DNA of 64,000 bases, taken from contig NIVC01000309.1 in assembly GCA_002269645.1 (NCBI GenBank), forward strand, positions 186,001-250,000, in the 5' to 3' direction. This DNA comes from Macrostomum lignano. Lineage: Eukaryota. Position 1 is the first letter of the stretch; every line of letters starts with the position of its first letter. The notes under the pieces are model-generated. The model ran no database searches, was not told the origin of the DNA, and saw only the letters and a program-made list of their open reading frames with translations. Positions 1-44,919 of the stretch are shown here, one piece after another. The translations under genes and the position numbers were made by a program.

Positions 1-160
1 TACTGTTAGACAGTAATTAGATGCTGTTAGACAGTTATTAGATACTGTTAGACAGTAATTAGATACTGTTAGACAGTAATTAGATACTGTTAGACAGTTA
101 TTAGATACTGTTAGACAGTTATTAGATACTGTTAGACAGTTATTAGATACTGTTAGACAG
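1..160. repeat. 21-bp minisatellite TAGATACTGTTAGACAGT(A/T)AT, upstream intron
   Basis: About 7.5 visible tandem copies, truncated by the window start. Confidence 0.9.
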
Positions 161-190
161 GTACTGATTCTCAATACGCATTCACAATAG

Positions 191-33869
<33,679 letters not shown>

Positions 33870-33892
33870 TTAAGACTGTGATTTATCAGCTC

Positions 33893-33898
33893 AATAAA
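33893..33898 (+). terminator. Candidate polyadenylation signal of SMG1
   Basis: AATAAA 23 nt after the stop codon. Confidence 0.6.
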
Positions 33899-34199
33899 AA
33901 TACCGTGTCGCCATGGCAACATGCGTCTGTATAAACAAATATTCAAGCCCCCGTGTGCCATACCAATCCATTGATCGATTTTGCAGTTTTCTTCCAAGCT
34001 TCCTCTACCGTACTCAATAATAATTCATTGTTGTTTGATCCGTTTGGCATTCCGAACTCTACAATAAATTCTCTGACCATTCATTGCTGCTGCACTCAGA
34101 CAGCCGGCGCGATTGGCCGCTGCGAAATGGCTCGTTTGATTTTGCAAAATGCCTGTTTGGAGAGTTGCTCCACTGTTCCGCGTGTTTTTCATTTTTATG

Positions 34200-35047
<848 letters not shown>

Positions 35048-36401
35048 ACGTGTTAGTGTCATTCGGTTATACTATGTGAAGTATCCTTAGCTGTATTTGT
35101 GTATACAATATTTATGTAATGCATGTAAAATTTATAACACTAATGTTTCGCTAGTGCTATTTCAGCCTCAAAGTTCCCCCTCTAAACTGGAGCAGTGCTG
35201 CTTATTTTTTAGGCATTGTTGCAGATGGTTGCGAAACTGCTGTCAATCAGATCTGCATGGCTGAGCTGCCCTGCGATGCTTTTTGCTTAACAAAAACTGC
35301 AGCACGCTTTTGCTATTTACAAGGGGATGAATTGGCAGAAACTTGTCTAGTTGTTTTAACAGCCTGGCTGCTACATTCGTATTGCATTCCGTGTGAAGCG
35401 TTGTTAACTTTGCTGCTAAAGTTGCACTCCATGCCTACATGACTTAACCGAGTGCATGCAGTTTTGCAGATTCTGGAGAGGCTGCATGGCAATTTTCAGT
35501 ACATGCAGCACCGCGACAGCAGCAGGTGCAGTGAGGAGATAAGAGCATTCGGGTAAATAGGAGAAGCTGGGCTGAGGGGTGAGAGTGTGTATGAGATGAG
35601 ATGGTAGGGGATTAGAGATCACTACACAATTGGCATTGATTAGATTCATTCAGAAGTTATAATACATGTACATGTAAATTTGAAGTATCAACTGTACTTT
35701 GAAACGATAACAGATTTTCGTTACTGCCAGCTGGTAAGGGGTTGCCATATAGTTTTCAGCAGCCGATACCGATCAGAGACATTTAGATATGAAATTTCCA
35801 TAATTCCTATCGATAAGCCATGCCGCATAGCAAACGCAAATATCGGGAACAATTCTGCGACTGGTTAAAGTAACAAGAAATTATTTCCACTTTTTGAGAA
35901 CATCTCATCCTACAGCAGCTTGCAGCAAGCATGCTTGAAGCTGCCAGAGCAAACAACCGCGTACTGCATGGTTTGCCAGACTGGTTTATACCAGTTATAT
36001 TTGGCTATTCTCAATATATGCATCGATCCGCTCTCAAGTCCAATTCTTAATCAACAATTCACCTGTTGTTCCTTGCCGGGTGCAGCGCCTGTCCTTTAGA
36101 CAAATAATTGAGCCAAAATGAGAGGCACCAATAGCGTGGCTCCGGCTGGTTGCTATTGCGTGCCCATTGCGCCCCCCCCCCCTGGCAACTTACACTGTAT
36201 ATACAGTGTGTGTTTGGTTCTGTCTGCAGGAGCTTCTGGGCATGCAAAAACTCGTTGAAAAATAATTTGAGCAATTTCTGAGAACTATGCAAAATTCATG
36301 TAAGTGATTTGCACCTGGATTCTATACTGCAATTTGGCGACAAACCCTGCACGCAAGATTGTTATCCCCAATTATCATCTTTCTCTGCAGCGAACTGCCG
36401 G

Positions 36402-36616
36402 ATGCGCCTTCTAAACTCCTGCATGCTGCTGGAGCTGATGGCAACCTTGGCTGCGGCTGGCACCACCGTCTCTAGCGTCGCCATGACAACTACGAGCAAT
36501 AGCAACGCGGCTGTCAACAGGATTAAATGCTACGTTTGCGACCCCTGCAGCATCTCCGATCCGCCAACGATGGCTCAGGCCAACAATAAGTCCGTGTGCG
36601 AGCACTGTGGGGTGAG

Positions 36617-36648
<32 letters not shown>

Positions 36649-36732
36649 AGATAGACAGAAAAACAGACAGACCGACAGACAGACAGACAGACAGACAGAC
36701 AGAAAGAAACACAGACACTAAGACAGACACTA

Positions 36733-36769
<37 letters not shown>

Positions 36770-36776
36770 CTAAGAA

Positions 36777-36817
<41 letters not shown>

Positions 36818-37281
36818 GACAGACAGACAATAAGACAAACAGACAGTAGGCAGATAGAAACAGAGAAAAAAGAAAAGCCCTAATGCAGCTACTTTAAGTA
36901 GGAAGATGACAATTACGATCGTATTTAAGAAGGCATGACGCGGCTCCAAGTGTGCATGCGCTCGACGTATGCATAAAAATTACAATGATAATGAGAGCTA
37001 CCAGCAACCGTATTGCATCAAAATTGCTGATTCGATTCCAACCCGTTCAACAGAAGTCCGTAGTGGGCTACTTGGGCACCGTCACCCGGGTAACCAGGCG
37101 CTGCTACAGACGCGAGGACCCATTGTACAAAGTCTGCCATGCCGGCATAGCTAAGGACGCCATTGACACGTGCTGCAGCAATGAGGACTATTGCAACCGA
37201 GCCTGTGGAATCACTGTTGTTGCTGCTTTTGCGCCTGCTCTGGGATTGGCGGTGATCGCTATGGCACAGCTGATCAGCTGA
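36402..37281 (+). CDS. Ly6/uPAR (three-finger) family protein, probably GPI-anchored; 2 coding exons, 145 aa
   Basis: join(36402-36611,37054-37281), phase 0 (GTGAGA / ttcaacAG). N-terminal hydrophobic leader, IKCYVC start, 10 Cys ending CCSNEDYCN, hydrophobic C-terminal tail. Confidence 0.85.
36616..36850. repeat. (CAGA)n microsatellite in the Ly6 gene intron
   Basis: Directly visible right after the donor. Confidence 0.95.
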
Positions 37282-37331
37282 CAATGCACCTTTAACTGTA
37301 CCTAATCGTGTCTATGCTTTGACTGGGCCAT

Positions 37332-38125
37332 GTGTCTAACAGGTTCCTAACCCTAACAGGTCACGTGACTAACAGGTCGTGAGATCGTGTCTAACAATTT
37401 GTATAACAGGTCATGAGGTCGTGTCTAACAATGTGTCTAACAGGTCGTGGGGTCGTGTCTAACAATGTGTCTAACAGGTCGTGAGGTCGTGTCTAACAAT
37501 GTGTCTAACAGGTCACGAGGTCGTGTCTAACAGGTCGTGGGGTCGTGTCTAACAATGTTTCCAACAGGTCGTGAGGTCGTGTCTAACAATGTGTCTAACA
37601 GGTCGTGGAATCGTGTCTAACAATGTGTCCAACAGGTCGTGAGGTCGTGTCTAACAATGTGTCTAACAGGTCGTGGAATCGTGTCTAACAATGTGTCTAA
37701 CAGGTCACGAGGTCGTGTCTAACAATGTGTCCAACAGGTCGTGGAATCGTGTCTAACAATGTGTCCAACAGGTCACGAGGTCGTATCTAACAATGTGTCT
37801 AACAGGTCACGAGGTCGTGTCTAACAATGTGTCTAACAGGTCATGGGGTCGTGTCTAACAATGTGTCTAACAGGTCATGAGGTCGTGTCTAACAATGTGT
37901 CTAACAGGTCATGAGGTCGTGTCTAACAATGTGTCTAACAGGTCATGAGGTCGTGTCTAACAATGTGTCTAACAGGTCATGGGGTCGTGTCTAACAATGT
38001 GTCTAACAGGTCACGAGGTCGTGTCTAACAATGTGTCTAACAGGTCACGAGGTCGTGTCTAACAATGTGTCTAACAGATCATGCGTCTAACAAATCGTGT
38101 CTATGTCTAACAATGCGTCTAATAA
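37332..38125. repeat. 34-bp minisatellite
   Basis: Unit GTGTCTAACAGGTCATGAGGTCGTGTCTAACAAT. Confidence 0.95.
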
Positions 38126-38463
38126 CAGATTAACTCTCAAAAATCCCGCTCAGTACTTTACTAAAGTTACTTTTTTCTTTCTTTTTTTAATGCAAACCCC
38201 TTAAACTTTAACAGAAAGAAAAAGTACTAGAAGTACTTCAAAATTGCTCTTATTTAAAAAGCGCATTTTTAACTTTCAAAATTTTAGCAGTAAGTTAATA
38301 CCTTTGAAATGCGCAATCAGTTGATGGGAAGAAAATTGATTAAAAATGTACTTTTTTGTTTTTAAAAAATTGATAATAACTACTAAGAGAACCATTTTTC
38401 GCGTTATTTTCCTAGAGCCGTCAAATTGTGCTTTATTTACAGACTAAATCTAATCAGAACAAT

Positions 38464-38967
38464 TCACAGCAGAGTGCACTGGCTCATCCGGGCCCCAATA
38501 GACATCGGGCCCAATACGCCGTACTGCTCAAACGAAGAGTTCAACGCCTCGTCAGCACCGGTCAGAGTCAGACGATCGACAGTCGACGCTTCGGCAGCGC
38601 CGGATGGCAGGGGAGAATTCCACTCAGCAGGTGGCTGATCCCGGTACTGCCAAACATCGTTGCCGGTCATTGCCCGCAGTCTGGCATGCCGCCGACGCAT
38701 CTCGCTGAGCACAAGCGCCTCAAATGCCGGTCGATCGTCATTCTGCTGCAGGCAATTGTCGTAGTCTACGGCCCATTGGCTGCAGTCTGGCTGCGCGCCG
38801 TAAACAAACTCGTGATGCTTGCGGTAGGCCCGGCTGCGGCAGACTCTGAGCTCTTCTTTGTAGATTGAGCAGGGTCGGATCAACCAGCTGTACCTGTCCA
38901 GTTTGGGATTGGGCTGCTGACTCTGCTGCTCTTCTGCCGGCTTTGTTGAGGCCTCGGCGATAGGCAT
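38464..38967 (-). CDS. C22orf39: UPF0545 / C22orf39 (PANTS) homolog, 167 aa, single coding exon
   Basis: RPCSIYKEELRVCRS..HHEFVYG..PDCSQW..D...C and VWQYRDQPPAEWNSPLP match the family pattern RPCEAYRAEWKLCRS..HHYYVHG..PACEQW..VWAPRQSPPPDWHLPLP. Confidence 0.85.
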   Translation of the reverse strand: MPIAEASTKPAEEQQSQQPNPKLDRYSWLIRPCSIYKEELRVCRSRAYRKHHEFVYGAQPDCSQWAVDYDNCLQQNDDRPAFEALVLSEMRRRHARLRAMTGNDVWQYRDQPPAEWNSPLPSGAAEASTVDRLTLTGADEALNSSFEQYGVLGPMSIGARMSQCTLL

Positions 38968-39089
38968 GGTTGCTAGATGGTCAGTAGGATTAACTGAATT
39001 AACATGAATTCAATTTGAGCTGGGGAGATGGCTTTGTGCGCTTTAATTGGTTCCTCTGTCTATTAAACCATAATGAATGGGTCTGCTTT

Positions 39090-39760
39090 GACACCTGACA
39101 CCCTAGCCTAATATTCAGAAAAGCTTCTGACACCCTAGCCTAATCTTTGTATAGGCTTCTGTCACCCTAGCCTAATCTTTGTATAGGCTTCTGTCACCCT
39201 AGCCTAATCTTTATATAGGCTTCTGACACCCTAGCCATCTTAAGATAGGCTTCTGACACCCTAGCATAGTCTTTAGATAGGCTTCTGACACCCTAGCCTA
39301 GTCATTAGATAGGCTTCTGTCACCCTAGCCTAATCTTTATATAGGCTTCTGACACCCTAACCTTATTTTTTGCTTAGGCTTTTAACACCTAGCCTAATCT
39401 TTATATAGGCTTCTGTTTGTCACCCTAGCCTAATCTTTATATAGGCTTCTGACACCCTAGCCATCTTAAGATAGGCTTCTGACACCCTAGCATAGTCTTT
39501 AGATAGGCTTCTGACACCCTAGCCTAGTCTTTATATAGGCTTCTGACACCCTAGCCATCTTAAGATAGGCTTCTGACACCCTAGCATAGTCTTTAGATAG
39601 GCTTCTGACACCCTAGCCTAGTCTTTATATAGGCTTCTGACACCCTAGCCTAGTCTTTATATAGGCTTCTGACACCCTAGCCTAGTCTTTAGATAGGCCT
39701 CTGATACCCTAGCCTAGTCATTAGATAGGCCTCTGACACCCTAGCCTAGTCTTAAGATAG
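39090..39760. repeat. 32-bp minisatellite with internal hairpin
   Basis: Unit GACACCCTAGCCTAATCTTTATATAGGCTTCT (AGCCTA...TAGGCT). Confidence 0.93.
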
Positions 39761-39832
39761 GAACAAATGATCAATTATATAGGCTTAAACTTTTGGTACT
39801 GCAATATTAATTCTTAAACTTTATTTTCTATA

Positions 39833-40231
39833 ATGGGTGATCCAAAAAAATGGACAAACTTTGTAGTGAAACTGTGCCAAGGCAATACAGTGAATCTTTA
39901 CAGGCTCGCAGCAGGTGAATCCTGACACCTGTAAGATTTTTTTCTGCCAACTTTGGAATGGATATCTTTATCCAGTTTCCTAAAATAGCCATTCTAAATT
40001 TAGCCAGCAGTCACTTTCAACTTGAAGCCATAGACAGTAGATGTGTAATTGTAGAAACAACCAAAGACACTTTCAACTTAAAGCCAAAGACTATTTGGAA
40101 TATTCATTCCAAAGTTGGCAGAAAAAATCTTACAGATGTCAGGATTCACTTGCTGCGAGCCTGTAAAGATTCACTGTATTGCCTTGGCACAATTTCACTA
40201 CAAAGTTTGTCCATTTTTTTGGATCACCCGT
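39833..40231. mobile_element. MITE, Tc1/mariner-like
   Basis: ~125-bp near-perfect TIRs beginning A(T/C)GGGTGATCC; TA on both flanks; no ORF. Confidence 0.85.
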
Positions 40232-41399
40232 TATATATGTAACATGTTTATAGGTTTTGTAAAGTTTATCACAACTAGAAAAAAAATTAATTTTTATTTT
40301 ATATCTATATTATAATTTATATGTCTTATTTAAAATAAGATTTTAACTTACAATATAGGCCCTAAACCTATTGTCTTAGGCCTGATTATACTAATATAGT
40401 TTATAATATTTATATTATAGTTTATAATATAATATATTTATAATAGTAATATATATAATATATAATATAATAGTTTATATTATAATATAACCTATAGTGT
40501 AGAATATAAAATTACATTCTATTTACACTAAAGTCTATGCAAAATTCCTATTCTAATTTAAAATAACTATTTTAATGTTAAAATATTTTGTTGCTATTAT
40601 TATTTTGTTTGGCCTATCTTTTTGTATTATTATATTTATCAAAAAGCATAATGGCTATGCAGCAAGCTGCTCAAACGAAGAGTTCATTTGAGGCCTTGGC
40701 CTTGGCCTATTTAATATATTATATTTATATTATATATAGGCCTCTACATCTAATAAAAGCATATAGGTCAACTGACTTTTAATCAAGAATTAGCCTAGTC
40801 TGATACATAAAGTCATAACTATAAGTTTGAAATTGAATTTGAACAGCTCATTAACAACTTGATTAGACTAAGATTTTGAACTCATTTTACAGGTTTCAGC
40901 CAAGAACAAATAAGACAAATTAAATTACGAGTATGAATTGCAACATCGATCATTTTACAAGCAACAAATGGATGTAATTAATTTGATGTAGGCCTATTTA
41001 TGAAAGATTATTTGATGAAAAATAGCAACTAGCCCTAAAGTTTTGTTTTGTCTTGATCTTGAACTGCTACCAAGATTTTGCCTCTTAGACCCCTGCCATG
41101 CCTCCCCACTGTAAATTTAGTTAGATGTGTAAGTGTGTAAAATCAGAATGAAGTGGTGTAAATTGCAGATAAATGAAAACGTGTAGATCCTTTGTTTGCT
41201 TGCACTTTTATTCATCCTGTGATTAATATTATTAATAATAGTTATAGTAATAGCTATTCACACATGATCTTGCATAAAAGAAAGTATTCTCTTATTCAGT
41301 CAAAGCGAAAAAGACTGCGTCAGACGTAATATTTTATTTTACTGACATTTGATAACTTATTTTGCATGTTTTCAAATAAACTTATAATGCAGATTATTA

Positions 41400-43366
41400 T
41401 GTGACGAATTTAATCTGGCAGTCCTTGGCAGAACAAGACCGAACAAGACCGAAGAAAAATGCAAGTATAGCGCAGTCCAATATTCAATTGAATTGATATA
41501 TTTTGCTTGCTTAGTTGGCCAAGTTTTTTATTTGTTTTTGAGTAGCGACGAAAAACGAACAGTTAATATAAAACGATAGATGATACAGTGAATTGTAATT
41601 GGCTGAGAGTTACGATGGGCGCTGGGCAAATTATTGATTTGTTAAAAATTCATCACTTGCCGACATATAAAAGCCGATTCAATGAATGTACTCGTACACA
41701 GAATTCATACAAAATATGATACACTTACGTAGTAGTCTACTGATAGTAAAAATGATAGTAAAACAATGAAGTTTTCCACAAGTCCCCCGTCACACTCGCC
41801 TTCCTCTAAAAGAAAAGATATTTGCACTCTAATACATGTAGTCAATATTAATTTGAATAACATAAGTGAAAATGCAGACAATGATTACGAAATGAGCTGA
41901 GGAACATTTTTAGTAAGCACACAAGAGAGCGCGACAGCACGCGAGAAGAAAAGTAGAGACTAGTGCACGAATAGCATCACGCTGCAGAATGCAGCAGACA
42001 ACGCGCCGAATGCGCCAGCCAACAGACGGCTCACCGCTGGGCCGGTCCCGATGGACCGCACGGGCGCGACCCCAGTGGGTCGCAGATGCCTCCCAGCCAA
42101 CGCACGCAGAGGTGCAGAGAAAGACAGGCACAAAGAAGGTCGCAACGAACTCTGAACGACGCCAAGGGCGCCCGGCTGACGAGGACCGCGCAGCAAAAAA
42201 TGGTACGGCTCACGGGCCCGTTGCTGGGGAAAAGGAAACTAGATCGACAGGAGACAGAAGCAAAAGATGGAACAGAAAAAACATTTTAATAGCACAAGAT
42301 GACAGGGACATGTACATGAAAGGCAAAAATGATGAAACTCACTGAATTATAACAATACATGCGTACATGTATTTTAATATTGGATTAAAAACATTAGTTT
42401 CAGAGTGCAAGCAATAATTATTTGAAGCATTTACATTTTTACATGCAAAATATCAACCTTGGTGTAGAGCAGCTGTTGCAGATTTTCAGCTGACGGGACG
42501 GTAAGGTCTGAAGGGGTAGCCGGTACAGTTGATGGACTGAAACGGCCCTTTTAGGTCGCAGTTGGTCGGAGCTTGCCACGTCGTGTGGGTACCGACGAAA
42601 CGACGTACGAACATGTAGAAAGTGTTGAATGTTGAATGATCGCCGCCGAATAGAGATGATATGGTGAGTTTCGCAGGCAGATGAGGTGTAACGTCATGTA
42701 AAACGGCCCTTTTGAGGCCACAGCCACTTGCTGCGGTGATGCAGAATACGAGTCGAGCGATACGATGGCGGACTGAATTTATGGTATTACTTAGATTCTC
42801 GAGATGCACAAATGATCCATAGGGGAATGACGACTGGGAGGAACGCGCTGAATTGGGTATTGTCGCTGCGCTCAGCCTCAATCTCTCCTTCCTCCTCCGA
42901 TCGGAAAGTTGTGTAGCAGTAGCACGTCTCGACCCAGGGTTCGAATCTCGAGGTGGGACCCTCCATTAAAATGTGACGAATTTAATCTGGCAGTCCTTGG
43001 CAGAACAAGACCGAACAAGACCGAAGAAAAATGCAAGTATAGCGCAGTCCAATATTCAATTGAATTGATATATTTTGCTTGCTTAGTTGGCCAAGTTTTT
43101 TATTTGTTTTTGAGTAGCGACGAAAAACGAACAGTTAATATAAAACGATAGATGATACAGTGAATTGTAATTGGCTGAGAGTTACGATGGGCGCTGGGCA
43201 AATTATTGATTTGTTAAAAATTCATCACTTGCCGACATATAAAAGCCGATTCAATGAATGTACTCGTACACAGAATTCATACAAAATATGATACACTTAC
43301 GTAGTAGTCTACTGATAGTAAAAATGATAGTAAAACAATGAAGTTTTCCACAAGTCCCCCGTCACA
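41400..43366 (-). mobile_element. Non-autonomous, non-coding LTR retroelement (TRIM/LARD-like), 1967 bp
   Basis: Two 395-bp LTRs identical by eye (41400-41794, 42972-43366; TGTGACG..CGTCACA); tRNA-like PBS 42931-42965; PPT AGAGGAAGGCGAG; no gag or pol motifs; flanks ATTA/CTTA (imperfect TSD). Confidence 0.88.
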
Positions 43367-44320
43367 CTTAATTTATCGTGCATTTTACAGATTCTATCGC
43401 TAAGTATAAAGGGTTTAATAGATTAAGGAATTATCACAGAATTAAAGCGAATCTTATTTTACCAAAATTTTGATTTTTCATGATTTTCAGCATCTTTTAT
43501 ACCTTCTGTTCCTTTTAAAAAATATTTTTATAACTGCAGCCGAAGGTGCATTCATACTGTACATATGTACATGTAGTCTTTTGATCAGCTGCTCAGCACA
43601 CATGATGCTTAGCACCATATCCGGTATAATATTAATAAATCACCTTTTTTCCTTGCTTTTAGTTCAGTTTATTTGTTTTTGTTGGCGTGCATTCATAGAA
43701 TTATTAATAATGTTAATTATTAATGCAAGGAGCATAGATTGATAGAAAGGATAGAACAAATAAAAAAAACTAGAGTTCTTGCGCACGCGCGCTCACGAAA
43801 AGGCAGGAGGGGCAGGCAGCTGTAGTCTGGGGGCTGAGACCCAGCGACTGCAAGTCAGACATGAACAGCCACTCAGCGTCACAGTACAACATGGGCCATG
43901 GCGCTTCGTTCTGTCAGCTGGTGCAGGAGGACCTGCAGGATGAGCCACGACCATGCACTGTCTCAAATCAAGGACATCAATACAAGGATCATGCACTGTT
44001 GCACTGTTTTATACTTACATAGTTAATACTAAAGTGCATGGTCCTTGTTTCCACAGCGTCGCTTACATGTAATTACATATGTATTAAAAATATAGGTACA
44101 ATTTTGATTCAATGTTGATGACATACGCTCGTGCAATAGTCTATGGCCGCTGCGCCCAAATGCCGCCTCCCTCATCCCTTCCTAATATATAAGTGTCCTA
44201 GTTTCATAATCTTGGTACAAGCCCCGCTATCATTTGTGGTCCTAAAGCCAAATAAACAAGCAAAGCAAGATACGAGCTTCGTTATTCATCAAGCACTAGA
44301 GTTGCCAGCAGAGCATCACA

Positions 44321-44914
44321 ATGGCGTCGCAAGCACTTGGACGCATCGAACTTTCAGAACCTGAACGCGCCCTGACGTGGCTAACAGCATTCCGTGCGCT
44401 CGCTCGAGCCAAGAAATGGAAAGATGAAGGCGCCAACAGAGAAATTGCGGATAACTTTCTAGCACTATGCGGATTGCCAGCACTTGAAAAGCTAACATCT
44501 CTGGTGGCCCAAAAGAAGATCGACGAATTGGAGTTTTCTGCAATCGAGGCCGCCATTCAAGGTTACCTTCAACCAAAGACGCGCATCACCATTGCCGAGC
44601 GAACTCGCTTCTACACCATCCGGCAACAGCACGACGAGTCTCTTCCGGATTACCTCTCGCGCCTAAGAAAGGCCGCCCGACATTGCAAATTCGATTTGCT
44701 GAAAGAGGCAGAAAGCCCAGAAGAGGTCATGATTCAACTGGCGTTAGTCGCTGGCATGCACTGTCCCACAACACAGCAAAAAGTTCTAGAAGCTATGCAG
44801 ATCAAGGAGCTGTCGGTCGAGGAAATCGTAGATTTTGTTGCCCAGATCAAGCAAGTGAAAGAGTTCGTGTCCAAACAAGCCTCCACGCCGTTCACGACCG
44901 TGGACGTGACGTGA
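44321..44914 (+). CDS. Truncated gag (no zinc knuckle)
   Basis: ERTRFYTIRQQHDESLPDYLSRLRKAARHCKF capsid-like motif; stops at the deletion junction. Confidence 0.8.
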   Translation: MASQALGRIELSEPERALTWLTAFRALARAKKWKDEGANREIADNFLALCGLPALEKLTSLVAQKKIDELEFSAIEAAIQGYLQPKTRITIAERTRFYTIRQQHDESLPDYLSRLRKAARHCKFDLLKEAESPEEVMIQLALVAGMHCPTTQQKVLEAMQIKELSVEEIVDFVAQIKQVKEFVSKQASTPFTTVDVT

Positions 44915-44919
44915 CTGGA

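Noticed and set aside
42486-42881. 131-aa minus-strand ORF in the non-coding LTR element as gag
   Set aside because: Non-ATG start and no capsid or zinc-knuckle motifs recognisable.
42931-42965. tRNA-Gln gene
   Set aside because: Only the 3' part is present, with genomic CCA, next to an LTR; this fits a PBS.
43793-43996. GC-richer patch that might be an exon
   Set aside because: No convincing splice sites, partner exons or protein motif.
44143-44364. Duplicated 60-73 aa ORF (also 47494-47676)
   Set aside because: It lies within the two identical LTR copies; no coding evidence.
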